DNA from: Syntrophobacterales bacterium
GTDB lineage: Bacteria > Desulfobacterota > Syntrophia > Syntrophales > UBA2210
NCBI GenBank assembly: GCA_018433345.1
Contig: JAHDRK010000013.1
Span: 7,482 to 71,481 of the forward strand
Length of the DNA stretch: 64,000 bases
Direction of reading: 5' to 3'
In this document: positions 38,110-48,004 of the stretch, one piece after another
Layout of the letters: the number at the start of each line of letters is the position of its first letter
Numbering within the stretch: position 1 is the stretch's first letter
Position numbers and translations under genes: made by a program
The notes under the pieces: model-generated
Database searches by the model: none
Told to the model about the DNA's origin: nothing
Seen by the model: only the letters and a program-made list of their open reading frames with translations

Positions 38110-38316
38110 GTAATATGCAATGTGAAAGTTTGAGAAAGAACAGTATCACCGATGAAAACCAATTTTATCCTCACTTCAAAGAAAGCTTACCGGAAGGACC
38201 AGGCATTGATCGTCAAAAGCGTTGCACCGACCATCATCATTACGTCAAACATAGACATACATAAATTTATACGTTTCCCGCCGTAACAATCCAGCCACAC
38301 CAAAAAGGAGGGTGTC

Positions 38317-39579
38317 ATGCAAAAATCACGTCTACTTTTCATCGTCGTCAGCACCGTGCTGGCTGTTATCCTTTTTGCTTCCACGGCACCGGCCAAAAGA
38401 GAAAAAGAAATACGCTTGGGTTTCATGGGTGATCTTTCTGCTCCCTTTTCTCTGAGCGCCGAAGCCGCGGCGAAACTCGCCGTCGAAGAGATTAACGAAG
38501 CCGGCGGCATATTGGGAAGACCCGTTCGTCTCTTCGTAGAAGACACAGGCGGCGAGATTCCAAAGGGGATCGAAGTCTACAAAAAACTTGTTATGCACAA
38601 TCGGGTAAATGCGGTCATCGTGGCCGAAAAGGTTGAAATGGGGGTGGCCGGAATACAAATCGGGGCAGAGTTGTTCCGAGAGTTTCCCCACGTCATGTTT
38701 TCCACCATAGGTTCGGGTGATGCCATCTGGCACCATGTGCGAGATGATTATGACCGCTTCAAGTTCGGGTTCCAGACCTACTATTTCGTTTCGTCCCACT
38801 ACCTTGAAATTTTAGGCGGGAAACTTCTTCCAGACTTTTATGGCAACGTCGTAGGCGCAAAAAAGATCGCCATTCTTTACGAAGATATGGACTGGACCCG
38901 TCCCATCCGGCGCGGCCTCCCCGGCGTATCGCCTCCCCTCAAGGAAGTTTATGAAAACGCTGGATTTGAAGTCGTCTACGAGGCCACTCTTTCTCTCGAC
39001 CAGCAGGTGTTCAGTTCGATCTTCGAGCGGATAGCCCAGTCCGAAACAGATATCATCGACTGCGTAGTGGGTTACATAGACCAGGTTTCCTTCATCAAAC
39101 AATGGGTAGACTCGCCGGCAAGGAATATTCCATGGTTCTTCTGGGGAGGTATCGCAGGAATGCCCATGGCCTGGGATATGACGGGAGGGGCCATCGCGGG
39201 TGGTAGCATCGGTTCTTCCTTCGTGAGAGTGCCCATTACCGAAAAAACGATCCCTTTCATGGATAACATGATCGGAAAATACAAAGTGGGGCCCATCTTC
39301 GGTTCCCACACCACATATGACACAATATTCGGTTACCGGAAGGCCCTTGAACAGGCCGGTGACCTCAAGGATATCAACAGGATTATCAAAGAACTCGAAA
39401 ACGTAAGAGAAACAGCCGTCCTGGGAACCATCGGTTGGGATCCCAAGTATCACTATAATATACCGTATCCCGAGTACATAACGCCCATAGTGCAGTGGCA
39501 GGACGGTCAAATGGTGCCCGTCTATCCCGAGGACATCGCCCTTGGAAGCTTTAAACCGGTCACCGAGCTAAGAAAGTAA
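38317..39579 (+). CDS. ABC transporter substrate-binding protein (LivK/type I periplasmic binding fold)
   Basis: Signal peptide MQKSRLLFIVVSTVLAVILFASTAPA, EIRLGFMGDLS..., 420 aa. SD AAGGAGG. Confidence 0.85.
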   Translation: MQKSRLLFIVVSTVLAVILFASTAPAKREKEIRLGFMGDLSAPFSLSAEAAAKLAVEEINEAGGILGRPVRLFVEDTGGEIPKGIEVYKKLVMHNRVNAVIVAEKVEMGVAGIQIGAELFREFPHVMFSTIGSGDAIWHHVRDDYDRFKFGFQTYYFVSSHYLEILGGKLLPDFYGNVVGAKKIAILYEDMDWTRPIRRGLPGVSPPLKEVYENAGFEVVYEATLSLDQQVFSSIFERIAQSETDIIDCVVGYIDQVSFIKQWVDSPARNIPWFFWGGIAGMPMAWDMTGGAIAGGSIGSSFVRVPITEKTIPFMDNMIGKYKVGPIFGSHTTYDTIFGYRKALEQAGDLKDINRIIKELENVRETAVLGTIGWDPKYHYNIPYPEYITPIVQWQDGQMVPVYPEDIALGSFKPVTELRK

Positions 39580-39664
39580 GCCCCTTACTCGGCCGACGCG
39601 GGCAAGGTACTGTTTCACCAGCCCGCGGCGGCGGTCGAGGGACCCTGTGGGCAACATAACAGAA

Positions 39665-39683
39665 GGCGGCGCGGAGCGCCGCC
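39665..39683 (+). other. Intercistronic GC hairpin between the SBP and permease genes
   Basis: GGCGGCGC-gga-GCGCCGCC, a possible attenuator or mRNA-stability element. Confidence 0.4.
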
Positions 39684-39699
39684 AGCGAGAAACAACGCC

Positions 39700-40575
39700 A
39701 TGATCACCCTTATTCAAAACATCCTTGTCTACACGCTTATCTGGGGATCGATCTACCTTCTAATATCCATCGGCTTTTCCCTGATATGCGGTGTACTGCG
39801 CATCTTCCACCTGGGCTACGGAATCACCTTCGTGATCGCCGCATATGCCATGTGGTTCTTTTTGACAGACATGAACATGGGACTCGTTACCAGTATCATA
39901 CTCATGATTCTGCTGCAGATATTTATCGCCATAGTGGTTTTCTACAAAGGAGTATTTCAGCAATTCCTCGATGAAGAAGAAAACCTCCTGGTTGTATCGA
40001 TCCTGCTGTTTCTTTTCGCCAGCAATTTCATCAACTGGATGTATCCTATTACGGCAGGGGTAAGCATCCCCACGCGTTTTTTCCCGGGATCGGTCATGAT
40101 AGGAGCCGTAACCATTTCCAAACAGATGATCGCGGCGGCTGTTACAGGAATTATTGTAACCTTCCTGCTTGTACTAATGTTTCTCAAAACACGCACGGGG
40201 CTCATAATCCGGGCCATGAGCCAGGACCTCAACGCCGCGCGACTAATGGGCGCGAACGTCGACAACATGTATTACCTGGCCATGATCCTGTCGGTCATAC
40301 CCCCCGCTATTTGTGTAATAATGATCGCTCCTTTCTGGAGCATAGACCCCCATATGGGGATGCCGCTCCTCATCACGGCGCTACTTATAGCCATTCTGGG
40401 GGGACTGGGGAACCTGAAAGGAAACATCATAGCAGCCTACCTGATTGCCCTTATCCATTTTTCGACTAATTTTCTGCTGGCGCCTCGATTTATGACTTTC
40501 GCCGCACTCGTAGCGACACTCATCTTCCTCATAGCCAAACGGGGAGGAATTATGGCAGGGGAAACGATATGGTAA
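39700..40575 (+). CDS. Branched-chain-amino-acid-type ABC permease (LivH family)
   Basis: 291-aa polytopic protein of LivH-like length and pattern (..RAMSQDLNAARLMGANV..). Confidence 0.88.
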   Translation: MITLIQNILVYTLIWGSIYLLISIGFSLICGVLRIFHLGYGITFVIAAYAMWFFLTDMNMGLVTSIILMILLQIFIAIVVFYKGVFQQFLDEEENLLVVSILLFLFASNFINWMYPITAGVSIPTRFFPGSVMIGAVTISKQMIAAAVTGIIVTFLLVLMFLKTRTGLIIRAMSQDLNAARLMGANVDNMYYLAMILSVIPPAICVIMIAPFWSIDPHMGMPLLITALLIAILGGLGNLKGNIIAAYLIALIHFSTNFLLAPRFMTFAALVATLIFLIAKRGGIMAGETIW

Positions 40576-41612
40576 AAGTGGAACTAAAAAGAGACCGAAT
40601 CCTTCTACGGTGGGGGCAGAAAAAATACGAATGGTGCATAGAACCCCGCTACTGGAGAAACCCGATCATAGGTGTGTCCATATTGTTGGTTCTTCCGCTG
40701 TTCTTTTATTCCTTTCCCCATCTTCTTACGATGCTGACCACGGCCAATCTGCTGGCGGCCATCTCCATTCCCTTGACATTGCAAATCCTTGGAACCGCCC
40801 GCGTCAACTTCGGACCACAGTTTTACCTGGGGATAGGCGGCTACACGGCTGCGCTCCTCAATCTTCACCTGGGATGGAATCCCTTGTTTACGCTCATCGG
40901 AACAATCGTGGTCTGCGGTTCCGTGTCATTCCTTCTAAGTCCGATTACCTGGGTTGCCAAGGGGCTTTATTTTTCTCTGATCACACTTATACTTCCCCTG
41001 GCCTTTCTGGATCTGACCTACCAGTTCGGCGACATATTCAGGGGCGAGGTGGGGCTCTTCGGAATGAGCTCCCTTCTTGACCTTGGTCGGGTGCGATGGA
41101 ACTACCTATCACATTACTACCTCTCCCTGTTTCTGATGCTGGTTTACCTCTTCTCGGCGGACAAAATCGGCCGTTCCAGGTTCGGCGTCACTCTGGCAGC
41201 CATTAATGAAAACGAGGACGTGGCCAGAATGATGGGAGTCAACGTAAATCGTTACAAGGTATTCTATTACGTGCTGCCGTCGATTCTCACCGGAATCGTG
41301 GGTTGGTTCATTGTCCATACATTCAGGTCTTTTGCGGGTGTAACCTATCTCCCTCTGGAATACATGCTTAAGGTGTTGTTTATCGTCATAATCGGAGGCC
41401 GGGCCTTTGTTTATGGTGCGGTTCCCGGCGCCTACGTTGTCGCTATGCTGGAAGAAGGGTTGAGAACGTTCGGCCACATCAGCCATTGGCTGTTCCCACT
41501 GGTTCTTATAGCGCTTATCTACATTCTTCCCCGTGGAGAGGGTCTATGGGGTCTTTACCACAAACGGCACCCAAGGGATTACTTCCCCAAGTTACATGTG
41601 CGCCGGGAATGA
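40569..41612 (+). CDS. Branched-chain-amino-acid-type ABC permease (LivM family)
   Basis: 347-aa polytopic protein with INENEDVARMMGVNV. The ATG overlaps the preceding stop. Confidence 0.88.
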   Translation: MVKVELKRDRILLRWGQKKYEWCIEPRYWRNPIIGVSILLVLPLFFYSFPHLLTMLTTANLLAAISIPLTLQILGTARVNFGPQFYLGIGGYTAALLNLHLGWNPLFTLIGTIVVCGSVSFLLSPITWVAKGLYFSLITLILPLAFLDLTYQFGDIFRGEVGLFGMSSLLDLGRVRWNYLSHYYLSLFLMLVYLFSADKIGRSRFGVTLAAINENEDVARMMGVNVNRYKVFYYVLPSILTGIVGWFIVHTFRSFAGVTYLPLEYMLKVLFIVIIGGRAFVYGAVPGAYVVAMLEEGLRTFGHISHWLFPLVLIALIYILPRGEGLWGLYHKRHPRDYFPKLHVRRE

Positions 41613-41670
41613 CCCGTTTCAAGCAATGGGGAAATACAAGAGAGATGACCGACAAAGGAGATTATTCCTC

Positions 41671-42396
41671 GTGTTAGAAGTCGATAATATAAGCATAAAT
41701 TTCGGCGGCCTTAGGGCGCTGGACGATGTAAGCTTTTCCGTCGATGAAGCAGAAGTGGTGGGTCTTATAGGTCCGAACGGCGCCGGGAAAACAACCATGA
41801 TGAATATCATCTGCGGCATTTACAAACCCACTGACGGCAGAATTTTTTTTGAAGGAGAAGATATAACGGGAATGCCTCCTCACAAGATATGTCATCGGGG
41901 AATATCCAGAACCTATCAGATCCCGCAGCCCTTCTACGCCATGACTGCCCTTGCGAACGTTGTAACAAGCGTCCTCAACGGCAAGAAACGACCAAACATG
42001 TGCCTGTCCGACGCGGGCTTGGAGGCTTCTTATTACCTTGAATTCGTGGGACTTTTTTCCAAACGGGACGAACTGGCAAGTAATTTGAATCTCTACGAGT
42101 TACGAATGCTCGAACTGGCACGGGCCCTTGCCACCACACCGAAACTCCTTCTCCTGGACGAGGCGATGGCGGGATTAAATCCGGTGGAATCGGAAAAGGC
42201 ACTGGAAATGATTTGGAGTGCCCAGGAGCAGTTCGGCATTACCCTCCTATGGATCGAGCATGTGATGAAAATCATTATGAAGGCGGCCAAGAGGATTGTG
42301 GTCCTACAATACGGCAAGAAAATAGCCGAAGGACCCCCCGAGCAAATCGCCAATGATCCACGCATTATTGAGGCCTATTTAGGGGGTGCGCACTGA
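41671..42396 (+). CDS. ABC transporter ATP-binding protein (LivG family)
   Basis: GPNGAGKTT and YELRMLELARAL. Start set at GTG 41671 (VLEVDNISINFGG, SD AAAGGAG). The track start 41533 overlaps the permease, and ATG 41625 is an alternative. Confidence 0.85.
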   Translation: MLEVDNISINFGGLRALDDVSFSVDEAEVVGLIGPNGAGKTTMMNIICGIYKPTDGRIFFEGEDITGMPPHKICHRGISRTYQIPQPFYAMTALANVVTSVLNGKKRPNMCLSDAGLEASYYLEFVGLFSKRDELASNLNLYELRMLELARALATTPKLLLLDEAMAGLNPVESEKALEMIWSAQEQFGITLLWIEHVMKIIMKAAKRIVVLQYGKKIAEGPPEQIANDPRIIEAYLGGAH

Positions 42397-42397
42397 A

Positions 42398-43102
42398 ATG
42401 CTTACCATCAAAAACCTGAACGTCTCTTACGGTGTCATTCCCGTCCTGCACAACGTAAACATGACAGTGGAAAAGGGTGAGTTGGTGGCCCTGCTCGGTT
42501 CAAACGGTGCAGGAAAAACTACGCTGTTGAACACAGTCTCCGGTATCCTCCAGGGGGCATCGGGAACGATCGAGTTTTTGGGAAAGCGAATTGAAAAGTC
42601 AGCCCCTCAGAATATTGTTCGCATGGGCATATCGCAGATCCCCGAAGGAAGAAAGATTTTTCCCTACATGACGGTCAAGGAAAACCTTTTCATGGGAGCA
42701 AGTACACGACAGGCATGGGGAAGTCGCCACGAAATGTTCGAACGGGTCACAAAATTATTTCCCATTCTTGAAGAGCGGAAAAACCAGCGGGCGAGTCTCA
42801 TGAGTGGCGGAGAGCAACAGATGCTCGTCATTGCCAGGGGACTTATGGCAAAACCGCTTCTCCTCATGATCGACGAACCATCTCTGGGATTGAGTCCTCT
42901 CTTTCAAAAGCAGATTTACCGGGCAATCGAAACCCTTCCAGAACAAGGAATAACCATCCTCTTGGCCGAACAGAATGCCCAGATATCGTTGGAAATAAGC
43001 AATAGAGGCTACGTCCTACAGGACGGCGAAATTGTCATGGGAGGAACAAGCGAAGAGTTATTAGCCAGTGATATGATAAGACAAGCATACTTGGGGGTTT
43101 AA
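42398..43102 (+). CDS. ABC transporter ATP-binding protein (LivF family)
   Basis: MLTIKNLNVSYG, GSNGAGKTT, MSGGEQQML, LLMIDEPS. Confidence 0.88.
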   Translation: MLTIKNLNVSYGVIPVLHNVNMTVEKGELVALLGSNGAGKTTLLNTVSGILQGASGTIEFLGKRIEKSAPQNIVRMGISQIPEGRKIFPYMTVKENLFMGASTRQAWGSRHEMFERVTKLFPILEERKNQRASLMSGGEQQMLVIARGLMAKPLLLMIDEPSLGLSPLFQKQIYRAIETLPEQGITILLAEQNAQISLEISNRGYVLQDGEIVMGGTSEELLASDMIRQAYLGV

Positions 43103-43108
43103 TAATAG

Positions 43109-44470
43109 ATGAACAGCGACTATTTTTCTTATACGGCATCTCTTTTCGACCGCTCGCGGGTTGAAGAGAAATCGGAGGCACTCAAAGGAATTCGGGTGCT
43201 CGACCTTTCGCACATGATTTTCGGTCCAAAGGCTGCCGATGTACTAGCCGAACACGGTGCCGAAGTGGTCAAGGTGGAAGTTCCATACCAGGGAGACTAC
43301 TGGCGGAGCGCAACCTATTGGGGTAAATACTGGAAGCACTCCAATCCCATGTGGCATTTCATCAATCACAGCAAATACTTTGTTGGCATCGATGTCAAGT
43401 ATCCAAAGGGCAAGGAGCTGATACTGAAACTGGCCGAGCAGTCCGACATCGTGATTGAAAACTTCGCCAGCGGAACGGTTGAAGCCTGGGGAATCGGCTA
43501 TACCCAGACCCGCGCCATCAATCCAAAGATCATTTATGCCAGCCTCAGCACTTATGGACAGACCGGTCCTTTCCGTTTTTTCCCGGGCTGGGATCTACTG
43601 GCCCAGGGCACCAGTGGCGTCATAAGTATCACCGGCTACCCCGACACCGAGTATTTTTTTAAGGTGCCGGACTTCTTCGGTGATTTCTATCCCGGCTTTT
43701 TTGCAGCAATGCTTATAATGATGGCGCTTAATCATCGGGAAAAAACCGGTGAAGGCCAGTATCTTGATGTCTGCCAGGCGGAAATCCTCATGCGCTCCCT
43801 CTTTCATTTCACTTACAGCAGCGTCACGGGACAAGAGCTGGGCAGAACGGGGAACCATGACCCTACAACCTCTCCATCAGGTATTTTCAAGACTTCCGAC
43901 GGCGGCTTCGTCGCGCTTTCCGTCGGAACGGATGAACAGTTCAAGGCCATCTGTGTCGAAATGAGCCGGGAAGACCTCGCCGATGATGGACGGTATGCCA
44001 AGGCCCTGAATAGACTTGATCCGACGCATGCCGATGAACTCAACGACATAGTCGCCCAATGGGTTGCCACAATGACACTCGAATCGGCACGGCGTCTTCG
44101 GGAAAATTGCCGTTTCCCCTTCAGCGTCGTGGAAGACGACGTCACCATATCCAAGGACGAATGGCGGCGGGAACGAGGAAGTGTCGTAGAATTCGACGAT
44201 ACAATGTACGGAAAGCTCGTCATGGCAGGTTCCGCAGCCATGATGAGCGAGACACCGGGACGCATCAAGTGGCTGACACGTCCCCTTGGGTACCACAATC
44301 GGTATATCTTCAAAACAAGGCTCGGATTGTCGGAGGAAGAAATTCGAGAGCTCGAAAAAGAGCGTGTGGTGGGCTACTGGGACTACCGCGTGGGCCAGAG
44401 ACCACCGGTTTATTACAAGATCGAGGAAGACAAAATTTTCAATTACGGTGATAAAGGCGATGTCCAGTAA
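43109..44470 (+). CDS. Family III CoA-transferase (CaiB/BaiF/Frc family), subunit 1
   Basis: LKGIRVLDLSHMIFGPKAADVLAEHGAEVVKVE and the catalytic-Asp region GWDLLAQGTSG; 453 aa. Confidence 0.88.
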   Translation: MNSDYFSYTASLFDRSRVEEKSEALKGIRVLDLSHMIFGPKAADVLAEHGAEVVKVEVPYQGDYWRSATYWGKYWKHSNPMWHFINHSKYFVGIDVKYPKGKELILKLAEQSDIVIENFASGTVEAWGIGYTQTRAINPKIIYASLSTYGQTGPFRFFPGWDLLAQGTSGVISITGYPDTEYFFKVPDFFGDFYPGFFAAMLIMMALNHREKTGEGQYLDVCQAEILMRSLFHFTYSSVTGQELGRTGNHDPTTSPSGIFKTSDGGFVALSVGTDEQFKAICVEMSREDLADDGRYAKALNRLDPTHADELNDIVAQWVATMTLESARRLRENCRFPFSVVEDDVTISKDEWRRERGSVVEFDDTMYGKLVMAGSAAMMSETPGRIKWLTRPLGYHNRYIFKTRLGLSEEEIRELEKERVVGYWDYRVGQRPPVYYKIEEDKIFNYGDKGDVQ

Positions 44471-45794
44471 GGAAAAAATCTATTCCAGGTACATGCAGAA
44501 CAGAAATGCGGCCAAGAGAATCTCCGAATGGAGTTCCGTCCTTTCCGAGATAATGTCTCCGGAGGGAAAACCAGAGGCTCTTAGCGACACAATGGTGCTT
44601 GACCTCAGTTATGCCAATTTCACGGGCATGATAGCTTCCAGTATTCTCGCCGAGGCGGGGGCGGAGGTCATCAAGGTGGAACCCCCCGAGGGCGATCCGG
44701 CGCGGCTCATGACCCCCTATGGAAAAACGATAGAAGGAACAGGGATCCCCTACATCATGGAATGTCGCAACAAGTACAATATCACCCTCGATATCTACAA
44801 GTACGATGACAGGGAAAAACTTTGCGCCCTGGTCAAAAAGGCGGACATTTTAATAGAAACCTTCGAACCCGGAATGATGGACGGACTCGGAATAGGATAT
44901 CGGCAACTCAAGGAGATCAATCCAGGCCTGATCTACGTCGCTATAACACCTTACGGTCAATATACGAAGGACGCGGAGAAACGTTCTTCATTGCCTTGGT
45001 CCGACCTTACCAGCCAGGCTGAATCGGGAATGGCGGCGCTGATCGGAGCCCTGCCCGATGACCCGGAACCTTTCAACTGGCCCACCCGAGCAGGGTTTCA
45101 CGCGGCAACATACACCAGCGCCGTATCGGCAGTGTGCAGCACCCTTATCGCGCTCTTTTTCAAACGGCGAAACGGGACGGGACAGATGATCGACGTAGCC
45201 ACGGCTGATTCCTATTCTTCCTGCGTAGGGTTCCCGCCGACCATAGGTTACATATGGAAAAAACCAAGACCGCGTTACGGAACCCTGGATTACGGACTGT
45301 GTCCCTATGGTTTTTTCAAGTGCAAGGACGGCTATGTCGCCATAGCCTGCTTCCGTGACCAGGATTTTCGCGCGGCGCTCCGCATTCTTGGTCTCTGGAA
45401 AATCGAAGAAGAGTGGAAAACGCTTCTCGACAGAATCACCGATGACATTGAAAGGGCGAAAACTCTAAACCGCGAAATCGAAAAGGTCGTGGCTTCGATG
45501 ACCTTCGATGAAATATTTCAAAAATTTCAGGAATTCAGTATAAAGGCAGCACGTTCTAAGTGGCGCGGCGGGGGTCTTCCTGTTACCACCAAGATGCTTC
45601 ATCCCATGGAGGTCATGGAGGTGGAGCACTGGAAGGCCCGAAACGCCTTTTTTAAGGCGGACGACAAGTATTACGGGATATTCCAGGTACCTGTCACCGG
45701 CAAGATGTCCAAGACGCCCTTGCGCATCAAAAGGATCGCCGCCCGCATAGGTGAAGACACAACATACATTTTTGAAAAATACGGTATATCGTGA
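44460..45794 (+). CDS. Family III CoA-transferase, subunit 2
   Basis: MVLDLSYANFTGMIASSILAEAGAEVIKVEPPEGDP and WSDLTSQAESG. ATG 44460 overlaps the upstream stop by 11 nt. The track start 44286 is internal to the previous gene. Confidence 0.85.
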   Translation: MSSKEKIYSRYMQNRNAAKRISEWSSVLSEIMSPEGKPEALSDTMVLDLSYANFTGMIASSILAEAGAEVIKVEPPEGDPARLMTPYGKTIEGTGIPYIMECRNKYNITLDIYKYDDREKLCALVKKADILIETFEPGMMDGLGIGYRQLKEINPGLIYVAITPYGQYTKDAEKRSSLPWSDLTSQAESGMAALIGALPDDPEPFNWPTRAGFHAATYTSAVSAVCSTLIALFFKRRNGTGQMIDVATADSYSSCVGFPPTIGYIWKKPRPRYGTLDYGLCPYGFFKCKDGYVAIACFRDQDFRAALRILGLWKIEEEWKTLLDRITDDIERAKTLNREIEKVVASMTFDEIFQKFQEFSIKAARSKWRGGGLPVTTKMLHPMEVMEVEHWKARNAFFKADDKYYGIFQVPVTGKMSKTPLRIKRIAARIGEDTTYIFEKYGIS

Positions 45795-45922
45795 TATCGG
45801 CGGTAAGCTCAAAAAAATAGCCGAGGTGATAACATAATAGTGACACAAAGAAAGCCGCCTTCTTGGAATGTCCGGAATAACGGGTATCGAAGACGGACGG
45901 AGAGTGAGAAACGGGTGGAGCC

Positions 45923-47521
45923 ATGAAGGAAAAAAAGAAAGACGTGGACCTCGACGAAATCAGGCCCGACCTGGCGGAGACCATCGAGCGCCACCGCCTG
46001 ACCCTCGACGAAGCCCGTCCGGAGGCCGTAAAGAAAAGGCACGAACGAAACCAGCGTACCATACGGGAAAATATCGCCGACCTGCTCGATCCGACTGGCT
46101 CAATAGAGTACGGATCCCTCGCCCTGGCCGCCCAGCGACAGCGGATCCCAATGGATGAGTTGATGAAGAAGACCCCCGCCGATGGTCTTATCGCCGAAGT
46201 GGGATCGGTGAACGGAGACCTCTTCGGGCAACAAAAAAGCCGTTGCATGGTGCTGGGGTATGATTACACCGTCCTCGCCGGAACCCAGGGCTGGTTCAAT
46301 CACAAGAAAAAAGACAGGATGCTGAAACTCGCCTATAAATGGAGGATCCCCGTGGTCCTCTTCGCCGAAGGTGGGGGCGGCCGTCCGGGTGACGTGGACA
46401 TGACCGATATCGTCGTCGCCGGGCTGGATTTCATGTCCTTTACGCTGTTTGCCCGGCTAAGCGGCCTTGTGCCGTTGGTCGGTGTGGTAAGCGGCCGCTG
46501 CTTCGCCGGCAACGCGGCCCTCCTGGGATGCTGTGACGTTATAATAGCAACCAAAGATTCGAATATAGGCATGGCCGGCCCCGCTATGATCGAAGGCGGG
46601 GGGCTGGGGGTGTTCGCACCCGAGGACGTGGGCCCCATTTCCATTCAGTCTCCCAACGGCGTCGTGGATATAGTCGCTGAAGACGACGCCGATGCCGTTG
46701 CCAAGGCAAAATGGTATCTTTCTTACTTCCAGGGGGATATGCCGACCTGGGATTGCGCCGATCAACGTCATTTGCGCCACGTCGTCCCGGCAAACCGGAG
46801 GCGGGCGTATAACGTCCGAAGGGCCATAGAGATCCTGGCGGACAGTAAGTCGGTACTGGAACTGCGACCCGAATTCGGAATTGGAATCGTCACGGCCCTT
46901 GTGAGGATAGAAGGAAAGCCCTTCGGGTTGATGGCCAACAACACATTCCACTTGGCCGGGGCGATCGATTCCGACGGCGCCGACAAGGCATCCCGGTTTG
47001 TTCAACTCTGCGACGCCTTTGACCTGCCGGTAATCGTTCTCATCGACACGCCGGGCTTCATGGTGGGACCCGAAGCGGAAAAGACGGCGCAGGTCCGCCA
47101 TTTCGGCCGTATCTTTCTGAATGCCGCCAATGCCGATATCCCGGTTTTCAGTGTCGTGCTAAGGAGGGGGTACGGACTCGGTGCCATGGCAGTAGCCGGG
47201 GGCAGTTTTCACAACTCCGATTTTATCGTTTCATGGCCCACCGGTGAATTCGGGGGCATGGGGCTGGAGGGCGCCGTCCGCCTCGGTTTTAAAAAGGAAC
47301 TAGAGGCAATCGATGATCCCGAGGAAAGGGAAAAGCGCTTCGAGGAACTTGTGGGCCTTTACTACGAACGGGGCAAAGCTGTCAACATGGCCTCGTGCTT
47401 GGAAATAGACAACGTGATCGACCCCGCGGACACCCGTCGCTGGATCATGCAAGGTCTTCGCTCACAACCGGAACGCCGACTGCGAACCACGAAAAAGCGA
47501 CCCAACATAGACGGGTGGTAA
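45923..47521 (+). CDS. Acyl-CoA carboxyltransferase (biotin-dependent enzyme CT/beta subunit), lineage 1
   Basis: 532 aa. RTIRENIADLLDPTGSIEYG, FAEGGGGRPGD, and a second crotonase-like half ending ..IDNVIDPADTR. Confidence 0.85.
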   Translation: MKEKKKDVDLDEIRPDLAETIERHRLTLDEARPEAVKKRHERNQRTIRENIADLLDPTGSIEYGSLALAAQRQRIPMDELMKKTPADGLIAEVGSVNGDLFGQQKSRCMVLGYDYTVLAGTQGWFNHKKKDRMLKLAYKWRIPVVLFAEGGGGRPGDVDMTDIVVAGLDFMSFTLFARLSGLVPLVGVVSGRCFAGNAALLGCCDVIIATKDSNIGMAGPAMIEGGGLGVFAPEDVGPISIQSPNGVVDIVAEDDADAVAKAKWYLSYFQGDMPTWDCADQRHLRHVVPANRRRAYNVRRAIEILADSKSVLELRPEFGIGIVTALVRIEGKPFGLMANNTFHLAGAIDSDGADKASRFVQLCDAFDLPVIVLIDTPGFMVGPEAEKTAQVRHFGRIFLNAANADIPVFSVVLRRGYGLGAMAVAGGSFHNSDFIVSWPTGEFGGMGLEGAVRLGFKKELEAIDDPEEREKRFEELVGLYYERGKAVNMASCLEIDNVIDPADTRRWIMQGLRSQPERRLRTTKKRPNIDGW

Positions 47522-47650
47522 AGCAATCTTGGAGGAACCACGATCTCTCGAACAAACCAACGAGAAAAACCCGGGAATGGAACCGGGCATTCGCTGCGGG
47601 GCCTTTGTGATCTCCTCGTGCCCTGTTGAAGAAATCCCTTTGATGGCGGT

Positions 47651-47872
47651 ATGTTCATGGCAATCGACATAAAGGCCCCCATGCCCGGCATCATAATGGA
47701 AATCCTCGTAGACGAAGGCTACACAGTCAGACGTGACGACGAGCTCCTGATCCTGGAAGCGATGAAGATGGAAAATCCAATCCGCTCACCGGAAGACGGC
47801 GTCGTGAAAACCATCCTCGTGAGAAAAAAGGACTTCGTCGATACCGACCAGATCATCATGTCCCTGGAGTAG
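47651..47872 (+). CDS. Stand-alone biotin carboxyl carrier domain protein
   Basis: 73 aa with biotinyl-lysine motif LEAMKMENPI. There is no N-terminal extension. Confidence 0.85.
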   Translation: MFMAIDIKAPMPGIIMEILVDEGYTVRRDDELLILEAMKMENPIRSPEDGVVKTILVRKKDFVDTDQIIMSLE

Positions 47873-48004
47873 ATCCCTTCGATCGGGATTTATGTTTTTC
47901 CTGGGGACGAAAACACCCGGGATACGAAGGATAAAACGCCTCGTAATCGCCTTCTGTTTACCCTTCAATGAATATAAAGTCTTGAGGAAGGAGAAACAAA
48001 AACC

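Noticed and set aside
47578-47594. TGGAAC-N-TTCGC as a second sigma-54 promoter ahead of the BCCP gene
   Set aside because: The GG-to-GC spacing is 12 nt instead of 10, and the -12 element is not TTGC.
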